From Macrostomum lignano (lineage: Eukaryota), in assembly GCA_002269645.1 (NCBI GenBank), contig NIVC01005181.1, positions 1 through 23,425 on the forward strand: DNA of 23,425 nt. The letters run 5' to 3'. The notes under the pieces are model-generated. The model did no database searches and was not told the DNA's origin. It saw only the letters and a list, made by a program, of their open reading frames with translations. Shown here piece by piece: positions 10,132-21,700 of this stretch. Position 1 is the first letter of the stretch; every line of letters starts with the position of its first letter. Position numbers and translations under genes: made by a program.

Positions 10132-10435
10132 CAGTGAGCTGCCATCCCCATCTCACCAATCCTTCAGTGAGCTGCCCTCCCCATCTCACCAATCCTTCAG
10201 TGATCTGCCATCCCCATCTCACCAATCCTTCAGTGATCTGCCATCCCCATCTCACCAATCCTTCAGTGAGCTGCCATCCCCATCTCACCAATCCTTCAGT
10301 GATCTGCCATCCCCATCTCACCAATCCTTCAGTGATCTGCCATCCCTATCTCACCAATCCTTCAGTGATCTGCCATCCCTATCTCACCAATCCTTCAGTG
10401 ATCTGCCATCCCCATCTCACCAATCCTTCAGTGAT
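10132..10435 (+). repeat. 33-bp minisatellite (~9 copies) in kinesin intron 2
   Basis: Unit CAGTGA(G/T)CTGCCATCCC(C/T)ATCTCACCAATCCTT. Confidence 0.97.
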
Positions 10436-10502
10436 TAAGCATATTTAGGAGTAAACTTCAATCATTCCAACGCTAAAATCCACTATCAATTCTCAATCGC
10501 AG

Positions 10503-10820
10503 CAAAAAGTATTCAACGACCTTGGCCGAGGCGTCCTTGACAACGCCTGGGAGGGCTACAACTGCAGCCTGTTCGCCTACGGACAGACCGGTAGCGGCAA
10601 GAGCTACTCAATGATTGGCTACCAGGCCAACAAGGGCATTGTGCCCATCGCGTGCGAGGACCTGTTCAAAGCCATCGAGGCCAAGAAGCCGGAGATGAAA
10701 GCTGGCGAGGAATACCAGGTATCGCTGAGCATGATCGAGATCTATAATGAGCAGGTGCGCGACCTTCTCGTGTCCAAAACTGTCAAAGGCGGCTTGAAAA
10801 TTCGCCAGCACCCCAACAAG
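10503..10820 (+). CDS. KIF28: Kinesin-3, exon 3 (P-loop)
   Basis: QKVFNDLGRGVLDNAWEGYNCSLFAYGQTGSGKSYSM (P-loop 10581-10604)...SMIEIYNEQVRDLL. Flanked by CGCAG| and |GTAAGT. Confidence 0.95.
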
Positions 10821-11494
10821 GTAAGTTGGAGATCTAGAGCAGGTTCAGGAGGTGGATGGTCGCTCGTCCGATAGCCCTTAGGTAGATATCTGGAGAGATC
10901 TGAGTTGGGGCCGAGGTAGGTGAGCCTGTCCTGAGTAAAGACAGATTCGGTGTTCCACATTCTCAACACCGGAGAGGCAGAATGCGCATTCCTCGCTAGG
11001 GATTTTTCCCTGGAGGCGGCGATGCCTGGAAATACAGCGCCATGGCCCCCCGAGAGAGACAAGAAGGCATGATATTGGGGATTTTATGCTAAAAAACTGA
11101 CTAATTCCTATGCATACGAGCTAGATAGCTTACGAGTATCAAAACCGTCCTGAGAAACTCAAGGTCTCGTTGGTTGCAGAAACTTCAGCAGTCCTCGACT
11201 GCTATTGCCGTGCTGAACTCAACTGCTTTTCAATTATTTATTGATGACTGAAGGCTTCAGTTTGTGCTTGGCTACTCTTCAGGTTTGAGAAGCTTTTCTA
11301 TAGCCAAATCTTTTTTGAATTTCTGGTTCTTTAACTTACTCGTTAGAATTTGTTTGGAGGAAATTTCCTGCAGAAAAGTGGTTCTCTTTTGATGAGCTGT
11401 CAATGTTGTCAAAAACTGATCAATTCAGGATAAGTTGGTGGTGGTGGCGCGGGGCCCTCATTAACAGTCATATTAATCCAACTGATCACGGCAG

Positions 11495-11724
11495 GGCTTC
11501 TACGTCGAACAGCTGACCACCTCGCCCGTGAGCAGCTACGCTCAGATCGAGGCCAAGATCGCCGAGGGCTCGCACAACCGCACCGTGGCGGCCACCAACA
11601 TGAACGCCACCAGCAGCCGGGCGCACACCATCGTGGCCATCAGCTTCACGCAGAAGACCTTAGACGGCAGCGGGCAGAGCATGACACGGTCGTCTGTGAT
11701 GAACCTGGTAGATCTGGCTGGCAG
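11495..11724 (+). CDS. KIF28: Kinesin-3, exon 4 (switch I and start of switch II)
   Basis: GFYVEQLT...RTVAATNMNATSSRAHTI...NLVDLAG. Phase-2 donor CAG|GTGAAG. Confidence 0.95.
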
Positions 11725-11914
11725 GTGAAGACAATTTTACAGTACAGATTGCGCAATTAGATGACCAGACTGCGCCTTTTCGGTCCAGGGTAGCAACCAC
11801 ACAGAGACAGATGGTCGAGAGCTGTTGACCCATCATTTATCCTCAAAAGTATGAGAAAAATCAATCATGTTCGTAGGTTAGAAGATTAGATAAGCAGCTC
11901 TCGAAAAACCTTAG

Positions 11915-12646
11915 TGCTGGCGCCCCTTGGTGCTGGCGCCCCTTGGTGCTGGCGCCCCTTGGTGCTGGCGCCCCTTGGTGCTGGCGCCCCTTGGTGCTGG
12001 CGCCCCTTGGTGCTGGCGCCCCTTGGTGCTGGCGCCCCTTGGTGCTGGCGCCCCTTGGTGCTGGCGCCCCTTGGTGCTGGCGCCCCTTGGTGCTGGCGCC
12101 CCTTGGTGCTGGCGCCCCTTGGTGCTGGCGCCCCTTGGTGCTGGCGCCCCTTGGTGCTGGCGCCCCTTGGTGCTGGCGCCCCTTGGTGCTGGCGCCCCTT
12201 GGTGCTGGCGCCCCTTGGTGCTGGCGCCCCTTGGTGCTGGCGCCCCTTGGTGCTGGCGCCCCTTGGTGCTGGCGCCCCTTGGTGCTGGCGCCCCTTGGTG
12301 CTGGCGCCCCTTGGTGCTGGCGCCCCTTGGTGCTGGCGCCCCTTGGTGCTGGCGCCCCTTGGTGCTGGCGCCCCTTGGTGCTGGCGCCCCTTGGTGCTGG
12401 CGCCCCTTGGTGCTGGCGCCCCTTGGTGCTGGCGCCCCTTGGTGCTGGCGCCCCTTGGTGCTGGCGCCCCTTGGTGCTGGCGCCCCTTGGTGCTGGCGCC
12501 CCTTGGTGCTGGCGCCCCTTGGTGCTGGCGCCCCTTGGTGCTGGCGCCCCTTGGTGCTGGCGCCCCTTGGTGCTGGCGCCCCTTGGTGCTGGCGCCCCTT
12601 GGTGCTGGCGCCCCTTGGTGCTGGCGCCCCTTGGTGCTGGCGCCCC
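11915..12646 (+). repeat. 16-bp minisatellite, 45 perfect copies plus a partial copy, in kinesin intron 4
   Basis: Unit TGCTGGCGCCCCTTGG. 11915-12634 = 720 bp = 45 units with no variant seen. The edges are degenerate (CCTTAG on the left, AGTAATGGCGCCCC on the right). Confidence 0.97.
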
Positions 12647-12864
12647 AGTAATGGCGCCCCGTGTTGTGACGCGCTACCTTTGAGCACACACAAGTCATCG
12701 CACTTGGCATTTTGATACCTCGAAAATCTTTGAGTACCTTCTGCCCGACCATTCCACCAACCCTTTCAAGCAGTCCGAATGCACATTTATAAGTGGGAAG
12801 GGAGTTCATCCCAGTTACAGAAATTCAGAGCTTATCTTCCTCTCTAACCGCTCAAACCCTCAAG

Positions 12865-12998
12865 CGAGCGGGCCGACTCCACCGGGGCCACGGGTGACCG
12901 GCTGAAGGAGGGCTCCGCCATCAACCAGTCGCTCAGCACGCTGGGGAACTGCATCAAGGCGCTGGCGGACCAATCCACGGGCAATTCCAAGGTTGTCG
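12865..12998 (+). CDS. KIF28: Kinesin-3, exon 5
   Basis: (S)[35 protein letters not shown]. Acceptor CCTCAAG| (AAG) with CTAAC at 12844-12848. Phase-1 donor G|GTAAGT. Confidence 0.93.
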
Positions 12999-13093
12999 GT
13001 AAGTTGATGGCCAAAACACCTTTTTATTCGTGTTGTAGGCAGTTTCAGCTGTGTTTCATCATAGCCAACCGGTACGTTCGCAATTCATTTCAG

Positions 13094-13164
13094 TGCCGTT
13101 TCGCGACTCCGTGCTGACCAAACTGTTGCAGAATGCGCTCGGCGGCAACAGCAAGACTGTCATG
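13094..13164 (+). CDS. KIF28: Kinesin-3, exon 6
   Basis: (V)[23 protein letters not shown]. Flanked by TTTCAG| and |GTGAGG. Confidence 0.95.
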
Positions 13165-13224
13165 GTGAGGGCCGCGCCACCCTCCCCCCATTTAATTGTC
13201 TGCCTCTTGAAGTTGCCACCCGAT

Positions 13225-13707
13225 TCAGAATGACATGGCGTCACTCAGAATTGCATGGCGCCCACTCAGAATTGCATGGCGCCCACTCAGAATTGCATGG
13301 CGCCCACTCAGAATTGCATGGCGCCCACTCAGAATTGCATGGCGCCCACTCAGAATTGCATGGCGCCCACTCAGAATTGCATGGCGCCCACTCAGAATTG
13401 CATGGCGCTCACTCAGAATTGCATGGCGCCCACTCAGAATTGCATGGCGCCCACTCAGAATTGCATGGCGCCCACTCAGAATTGCATGGCGCCCACTCAG
13501 AATTGCATGGTGCCCACTCAGAATTGCATGGCGCCCACTCAGAATTGCATGGCGCCCACTCAGAATTGCATGGCGCCCACTCAGAATTGCATGGTGCCCA
13601 CTCAGAATTGCATGGCGCCCACTCAGAATTGCATGGCGCCCACTCAGAATGAAATGGCGCCCACTCAGAATGAAATGGCGCCCACTCAGAATTGCATGGC
13701 GCCCACT
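13225..13707 (+). repeat. 21-bp minisatellite (~23 copies) in kinesin intron 6
   Basis: Unit TTGCATGGCGCCCACTCAGAA with a few variants (GGTGCCC at 13511 and 13595; GAAATGG twice near the 3' end). Confidence 0.97.
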
Positions 13708-13764
13708 GCCGCCTTGACTTGCCGCTCTAGAGTGCAATTTCAACGCACTTCCCTCTGCCCGCAG

Positions 13765-14270
13765 ATCGCCGCGCTGTCCCCGGCGGACATCAACTTCGAG
13801 GAGACGCTGTCCACCCTCCGCTTCGCCGACCGGGCCAAAGCCATCAAAACCAAAGCGGTGGTGAACGAGAGCCCCACTGACAAGCTGATCAGGGAGCTGC
13901 GCGAGGAGAACCAGCGGCTCATGGAGATGCTCAAATCTGGCGGCGGCGAAGCTGTCTCTAGCAGCGGCAGCGGCGGCGGAGACGGCGAGGGATCCGAGGA
14001 GGCTGAGGAGCGGATGCGCGAGCTGATGAAGCGCAACCAGGAAGAGATGGAGGCGATGGAGCGCCAGTGGGCGGAGAAGCTGGCCCAGGCGCAGGCCGAG
14101 TCGCAGGCGCAGATTCGCGACAAAGAGGCCGTGGGCGAGCGGCGCAAGCAGCAGCCGCACCTGTGGAACCTGAACGAGGACCCGTCGCTCAGCGGCCTGA
14201 TTGTGCACTTCTGCGAGCCCGGCAGCCACACCATCGGCAGGGAGGCGGAGTTCCAGCTGCGCGGCATCAG
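13765..14270 (+). CDS. KIF28: Kinesin-3, exon 7 (motor end, neck coil, start of FHA)
   Basis: IAALSPADINFEETLSTLRFADRAK...LIRELREEN...PHLWNLNEDPSLSG...HTIGRE. Phase-2 donor CAG|GTGCGG. Confidence 0.93.
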
Positions 14271-14403
14271 GTGCGGCTTCGGAGATTTCAAGAGATTTCA
14301 TTCGATTGGCCTCTGTCTGTCGAATGGGGCAAATGCAACGCTAGAAGTAGCGTTGTGAATTTCTGTTGCAGAAAACGATTGAGCTGTTTTGAGAATTCAG
14401 CGA

Positions 14404-14742
14404 GATTCCCCAGATCCCCCAGACAAGGGATTTCCCAGATCCCAAAAAAGGAATTCTCCAGATCCCAGACAAGGGATTCCCCAGATCCCCCAGACAAGGG
14501 ATTTCCCAGATCCACCAGACAAGGGATTCCCCAGATCCCCCAGACAAGACAAGGGATTCCCCAGATCCACCAGACAAGGGATTCCCCAGATCCCCCAGAC
14601 AAGGGATTCGCCAAATCCCAGACAAGGAATTCTCCAGATCCCCGACAAGGGATTCCCCAGATCCACCAGACAAGGGATTCCCCAGATCCCCCAGACAAGG
14701 GATTCCCCAGATCCACCAGACAAGGGATTCTCCAGATCCCAG
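14404..14742 (+). repeat. ~23-25-bp minisatellite (~13 copies) in intron 7, interrupted by the LTR element; a residual unit lies at 19296-19324
   Basis: Unit approx. GGATTCCCCAGATCC(C/A)CCAGACAAG. It resumes after the 3' LTR as CCCAGGCAAGGGGTTCCCCAGATCCCAGG. Confidence 0.93.
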
Positions 14743-14964
14743 TGTTGTATATTAACAGAGAAGACACAGAGTATGCCCCCAAGCCCAATGTTTTGTTGTC
14801 TAAGGCACAACCTATTATTTTATAATAAAGTACGAGCTAGTTACAACATGAATCCCAAGAGGAGTTCGTAACTACCGGAGCAATACGATAGCTCGAACCC
14901 CTAAGCGAACCGTTGTCTTCTTACTTAAATGTAGCAGCTCCACGTCGGAGCAGAAGACATAACA
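14743..14964 (+). repeat. 5' LTR (222 bp)
   Basis: TGTTGTAT...CATAACA. TATAATAAA at 14821-14829. One mismatch to the 3' LTR (A14814 vs T19145). Confidence 0.97.
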
Positions 14965-17900
14965 ATGGCGACGAGTACAAAAATCGGCGAGTTTGACGTG
15001 GCTAAACCGGATAAATGGGAAGCCTACGAAGAGCGGCTAGAACAATTTCTCGCGTGAATAAAGTGACCGAGGAGGCACAAAAGCGAGCGAGCTTGATCAC
15101 AGTGATAGGCAATGACTGTTATCAATTGCTACGCAACCTGCTATCGCCTAAGAAGCCAAAGGATGTGGCGTACGACGAACAAGTGAAGACGCTGAGGGAA
15201 CACTTCAACCCAAAGCCGAAGATTGTCGTCGAGCGGTACAACTTCCACAGCAGAGTCCAACACGAAGGAGAAACAGTGAGTAACTTTGTTGCAAGTCTGC
15301 GGAGGTTGGCATCCACGTGTGGTTTTGACAAGTTCCTGGAGGAGGCACTGAGAGACAGGTTCGTCGTTGGCCTCAGGAACAGGCTCATCCAGCAGCGATT
15401 GCTACAAGAAGAGACACTGACCCTGTCGGGTGCATTAACGCTAGCGACTGCGATAGAAGCAGCAGAGCGAGGAGTCGTGACTATCACCTCCGCCACAGGA
15501 GTCGGTCATAGTGTCAATTTCTCGAAGGAAACTAACAAGCAATCAACTGCAGCGCAACATGGGAAAAGGAGCCGCGCCCAAGATGGATGTTTCCGCTGTA
15601 ACGCGAAGGATCATTGGGCAAGGAGCTGTCCATATAGGAATAAAACGTGCAGCAAATGCGGCCGAGTAGGACATCTTAGAGATGCATGCCGTACAAAGGA
15701 CAAGGCAAAAGAGTCTGGAAGTGGCAGGTCGAAGCGATTCAACTCTTCAAAACGTGGGAAGTCCGGTAAGGTGCATTACGCGCGGAATTTCGACAGTGAG
15801 TCAGAAAGTGAGGGTTCGGACTGCAGTGGTCGAGACAAGCATTCCGAGATCAGGACTGTGTTTGCTACAGGAATGGCTGGCTTTAGTGGATCAGCACCGT
15901 ATATGTGCGAGTTAAATATAAATGGGCATTTTGTAAATTCCAACTGGATACTGGCGCAGACAAGACCCTTATTAACGAAAATAGTGGCAAGAAAATTGGC
16001 TTAAGGTGGTCTAAATCTAATGTTAGACTGTCAAGTTACACAGATAATCTCATACCAGTTCTGGGCGAAGCTACTGTTATCGTAACTAACTATCAGGAAA
16101 GACAGTATCAACTAACTGCGCTTGTTGTGAAGGGAGACAGAGTGAATCTTCTAGGTCGGGACTGGCTCTCTTCGTTGAAAATTGACTGGAGCAAATTTGC
16201 CCATGTGAAAACAACAACGTTGGTTCCACCTATCGAGCGGTTAATGAAGAAGTATGATCAAGTGTTTGCTGAAAGCCTTGGCACTATCAAAGGGTTAAAG
16301 GCCAGAATACTGTTGAAAGAAAACTTCATTCCAAAGTTTTGTAAGAGTCGACCGGTGCCATTTGCGATCAAAAGCCTCATTGAAGAGGAGCTGGCGAATT
16401 TGCAAGCTCAAGGCATAATAAAAAAAGTGAGCGCATCAGACTTTGCATCTCCGATTGTCCCAGTTTTGAAGCGCGACGGAAAATCCGTAAGGATTTGCGC
16501 TGATTTTAAGAGAACCGTTAATCCCCAATTGGAAGTTGACAAGTACCCTCTGCCGAAACCGGAAGAAATTTTCGCAACTCTTAATGGTGGAAGAGTCTTC
16601 TCGAAATTGGATATTTCGCAAGCGTTTTTACAACTGGAACTGGAGGATTCGTGCAAAAAGTTTGCTACAATTAACACACATCTGGGTTTGTTCCAATACG
16701 AGCGACTAACAATGGGTCTGGCATCAGCCCCTGCACAATTTCAAGAAGCGATGGAGAAAATTTTACAAGGCTTGGAAGTGGTTGTCTATATAGACGACAT
16801 TCTTGTATCCGGCAGTTGTTTGGAAGACCACGACAAAAGACTGGAAGCTGTATTAGAACGTCTTTTAGCTCACGGTGTGCATTTGAATCGGAAAAAGTGT
16901 GAATTCCGCCTAAATAGAATTGAATTCTTGGGCTACGTTATCGATGAATCGGGAATCCATCCCTCGAAAGAGAAAGTTCGGGCAATTCATGAAGCTCCAA
17001 CACCAACTAACGTGTCAGAGGTTCGTTCCTTGATAGGAATGATCAGCTATTATGGAAAGTTTATTCCAAACCTATCATCAATACTGGTACCTCTCAACAG
17101 ACTATTGCACAAAGACGCAGAGTTTCATTGGAGTGAGGCGTGTTCGGCAGCATTCGAGAAAGTGAAGGCAACTCTAACTTCTGAGCGTGTTCTGGCTCAT
17201 TTTGATCCTAAGAAGCAGCTTGTATTGCAAACGGACGCCTCCAAATATGGAATCGGGTGTGTCATCTCACATTTGATGCCCAATGGCGAGGAAAGGCCTG
17301 TAGCATTTGCTTCGAGAACTCTAACAAAACCTGAGATCAACTACTCTCAACTAGAGAAAGAAGCGCTGGCCATCGTATTCGGAGTTAAAAGATTTCACCA
17401 ATATCTTTTTGGACATCATTTTATACTAGTGACTGACCATAAACCCCTACTGACCATTTTTGGAGATAAGAAGGACATTCCGAGCATAGCAGCAAGCCGA
17501 CTTCAGCGCTGGGCCGTGTTGCTTTCTGCCCATCAGTATACCATCAAATTCAGAAGAACAGAGGATCATTCGAATGCTGACGCACTTTCACGTCTCCCAG
17601 TGCCTGGTAATATCAGTAAGGTTGATCGTGTCTTGGAGGTCAGGCTAGAAATGCTACCAGTCAACGCAGAAACAATACGAACCGAGACACAGAAAGATTC
17701 ACAGCTTCAGAGAGTTGTTCGATACTGTCAAAATGGTTGGCCAGACACCTGTGAGCAAGAGCTGGAACAGTACTTCAGGAAGCGGAACGAGTTTTGCATT
17801 GAGCAAGGTGTGCTATTTTGGGGAGTAAGAGTAATTATTCCAAGAAGCTTACAACAGGTTGTGTTAGAACTGCTTCATGATGGACATCCAGGAATTGTTG

Positions 17901-19027
17901 CAATGAAATCCAGACTGCATGTATGGTTCCCAGGAATCGACAAGGCTATAGAAGCCCTAGTCCATAGTTGTGAAGGCTGTCAGCTGCAAAGGAATTTGCC
18001 TGCACAAGCACCAGTTCAGCCTCTTGTCTGGCCGGAAAGGCCTTGGACTCGAATTCAACTGGACTACATGGGACCATTCCATGGATACTACTGGCTTGTT
18101 ATAGTCGATGCAACAAGTAAATAGGTTGAGATCTTTCCCATGAAGCACGCAACTACCAACAGGACGATAGAATGTCTACGAGAAACTTTCGCACGATTTG
18201 GCATCCCACAGCAAGTGTTGAGTGACAATGGAAGCCAGTTCTGCTCAGCTGAGTTCCGTACTTTCCTAGAGCGGAATAACATCCGACAGATTTTGACAGC
18301 TGTTGGACATCCGCGTACCAACGGACTTAGTGAAAGAATGGTGCAAACAGCAAAGTCTGCTATCAAAGCAGGAATTAAGACTCACGGTGATCCAATCTTG
18401 AGCATGCAGAACTTTCTGTTTCGCTATCGCAGTACACCTCATTCAACAACCGGTAGAATACCAGCAGAGATGATGTTATGCTACAGTCGCAGAACACGGT
18501 TGGATTTTCTTAAGCCGGATGCTTACTCAAGAGTGTTAAACAAGCAGACGGATGTCACTGAACGACAAATAGAGAGAGGATCAACTATTCGAGAATTTCA
18601 AGAAGGAGACTCAGTTCTGACGTTGGACTTCAGAAGGGAGCGAGAAAACAGGTGGATTTCTGCCAAGGTGATCGCCCGCACAGGACCGCTGTCCTATAGA
18701 CTGTTGGTCAACGGACAAGTCTGGAAGCGACACGTCGACCAAATTGTCAGTGCAGAATTACCTGGACAGAACAAGCCGGAGGCTCATCACCTACCGCCTA
18801 TTCTGAAGGATCCTAGGAGAGTTCAGAGCGACAAAACTACCACCGAGAAAGAGCGGCGAGAGAGTGAATCAACTCAACCGGTCCAAGACGTGCCAAGCCG
18901 AGGAGAATCTCAGACAGCGGACACAGACCAGGATGACGCTGACTCTGGAGCAGAAGGCGTGGGCACAAGGATACTGAGGGATCGAAGCAAATTGAGAAAA
19001 CCGGATCGGTTGCATTACAGTGAATAA
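14965..19027 (+). pseudogene. gag-pol polyprotein with 2 frameshifts and 1 in-frame stop
   Basis: Gag MATSTKIGEFD...WEAYEERLEQF. Two CCHC knuckles (15588-15629, 15648-15689). Protease LDTGA (D at 15947). RT YIDD (16787-16798). RNase H TDAS (D at 17234). Integrase HHCC and D(18062)-D(18224)-35-E(18332). Lesions: -1 shift ~15052, -1 shift ~15935, TAG at 18122-18124. Confidence 0.93.
14966..14975 (+). promoter_or_regulatory. Primer-binding site TGGCGACGAG, probably for tRNA-Ser(GCU)
   Basis: It lies 1 nt after the 5' LTR and is complementary to ...CUCGUCGCCA, the 3' end of animal tRNA-Ser(GCU) as recalled. The host tRNA was not checked. Confidence 0.75.
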
Positions 19028-19062
19028 TTCCGGATAACTGACAATGCAACTTTTTTATTGAC

Positions 19063-19073
19063 AAAAGGGGGAA
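19063..19073 (+). promoter_or_regulatory. Polypurine tract AAAAGGGGGAA
   Basis: Directly abuts the 3' LTR TG at 19074. Confidence 0.9.
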
Positions 19074-19295
19074 TGTTGTATATTAACAGAGAAGACACAG
19101 AGTATGCCCCCAAGCCCAATGTTTTGTTGTCTAAGGCACAACCTTTTATTTTATAATAAAGTACGAGCTAGTTACAACATGAATCCCAAGAGGAGTTCGT
19201 AACTACCGGAGCAATACGATAGCTCGAACCCCTAAGCGAACCGTTGTCTTCTTACTTAAATGTAGCAGCTCCACGTCGGAGCAGAAGACATAACA
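19074..19295 (+). repeat. 3' LTR (222 bp)
   Basis: 221/222 identical to the 5' LTR. AATAAA at 19155-19160. Confidence 0.97.
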
Positions 19296-19394
19296 CCCAG
19301 GCAAGGGGTTCCCCAGATCCCAGGAGCCATCAGAGCTTCCTTCTTGAAGGTGCCAGGAGCAAAATGACCCCCGAGTCCTCCTTCCCCGACGCAG

Positions 19395-19684
19395 CATCCT
19401 GCCGCAGCACGCCACGCTGAACAACAGCTCCGACAAGGTGACGCTGACGCCGCAGAATGGCGCCAAAGTGTGCGTGAACGGGCGCGAGGTTGTCCAGGAG
19501 ACCCTGCTGAACCATCACGACCGGGTGCTGTTCGGAAACAACCACCTGTACGTGTTCGACAATCCCAAGGCCGCCGCGCCGTCTCCGTCGCCGATTCCGA
19601 CATTTGAGGCGGCGCAGGCGGAACTGGCGGAGAACTCCGGAGTCATGGGACTGCTGGGCGACAAGGCCAAGAGCAGCAGTGCCG
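19395..19684 (+). CDS. KIF28: Kinesin-3, exon 8 (FHA domain)
   Basis: (S)ILPQHATL...AKVCVNGREV...LNHHDRVLFGNNHLYVF...TFEAAQAELAE. Acceptor ACGCAG|. The 3' end is placed at the GC donor G|GCAAGT (19685); a weak phase-1 GT at 19679 is the alternative. Confidence 0.85.
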
Positions 19685-19699
19685 GCAAGTGCTGACTGC

Positions 19700-20982
<1,283 letters not shown>

Positions 20983-21008
20983 ACTATAAAGCTTTCGTGG
21001 AATTCCAG

Positions 21009-21163
21009 AGGACATGCTGCTGATGGACGACCTGGTGAAGCTGTACCCCCAGGTGCAGGAGGCCAACGCCATGTCCGAGGAGCTGGACAGGCGGGTGCGC
21101 TTCGAGCTGGTGCTGATGTCGCCTCAGGGCCGCGGGCTGCGCGAGAACGAGGGTCGCACTGAG
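21009..21163 (+). CDS. KIF28: Kinesin-3, exon 9
   Basis: (E)DMLLMDDLVKLYPQVQEANAMSEELDRRVRFELVL...TE, a kinesin-3 EANAxSEEL motif. Not in the ORF track. Flanked by TTCCAG| and |GTGAGT. Confidence 0.88.
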
Positions 21164-21270
21164 GTGAGTTGAATCGTTCGTGAATCCATTTTTCTTATTT
21201 GCATTTTCGCATCATGCTACTACAAGTAAAATAAAAAAGAAATAAATTTACTTTGAAATTTTGCTCTCAG

Positions 21271-21690
21271 GTGTACATCAGCTTGACGAACTTGGACTCG
21301 GGCAACGAGTTCTTCTGGTCCAAGGACAAGTTCTCAGACCGCAAGTACCTCATGCGCGACATGTACCAGAACTACATGGAGGGCGAGAGCTGGAAGCTGC
21401 CGCAGGAGAAAGATCCGTTCTGGGAGCCGGCCGACTCTCCCTTGCTGATTGGCACCTGCCATGTCTACCTGCAGAGCCTGGCGTACCTGATCGAGGTCGC
21501 CGAGAGCTTCAGCGTCACCGACTTCCGCGGCGAGGACCAGGGCAAGCTGGAGATCGAACTCAGGCCCTGCGACTCGGAGTGGCGCGAGCTGGGCGAAGAA
21601 TTCTCTGAGCCTGATGACGTCATCGGGCAGGCCATTAACTTCAAGGTCAAGCTTAACAAGGGCCACGACTTGTCGCCGAAGTACGCCGCT
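21271..21690 (+). CDS. KIF28: Kinesin-3, exon 10
   Basis: VYISLTN...WSKDKFSDRKYLMRDMYQ...DPFWEP...IGTCHVYLQSLAY. Flanked by CTCTCAG| and |GTAAGT. Confidence 0.92.
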
Positions 21691-21700
21691 GTAAGTCTTT

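Larger units (their letters stand above)
14743..19295 (+). mobile_element. Full-length Ty3/Gypsy (Mag-like) LTR retrotransposon, 4553 bp, coding-defective
   Basis: Two 222-bp LTRs (TGTT...AACA), 5-bp TSD CCCAG (14738-14742 and 19296-19300), PBS, PPT, and gag-PR-RT-RH-IN domain order. Confidence 0.97.

Noticed and set aside
10821-11494. Cryptic exon or repeat in kinesin intron 3 (AG|GTGAGC near 10920)
   Set aside because: There is no matching acceptor or coding signal, and exons 3 and 4 join cleanly in phase 0.
11915-12646. Chi-like GCTGGCGC in the 16-mer
   Set aside because: It is only a 6/8 match to bacterial Chi, which has no established role here.
11886-12809. Five overlapping 245-307 aa ORFs, and similar repetitive ORFs at 6809-7376, 10097-10448, 13230-13717, 14288-14871, 21867-22101 and 22739-23366
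   Set aside because: They are translations of stop-poor intronic minisatellites, with no domain content.
13225-14301. Long antisense ORFs over kinesin exons (also 10608-10811, 19330-19545, 21334-21720, 22371-22766)
   Set aside because: These are expected shadows of GC3-rich coding sequence plus repeats, with no independent homology.
15925-15945. Programmed -1 gag/pol frameshift
   Set aside because: There is no X XXY YYZ heptamer in the gag frame (GTA AAT TCC), and the shift falls inside the protease domain. A 1-bp deletion is simpler.
18122-18124. Programmed stop read-through in pol
   Set aside because: TAG replaces a conserved Trp (TGG) in the integrase core, so it is an ordinary nonsense change.
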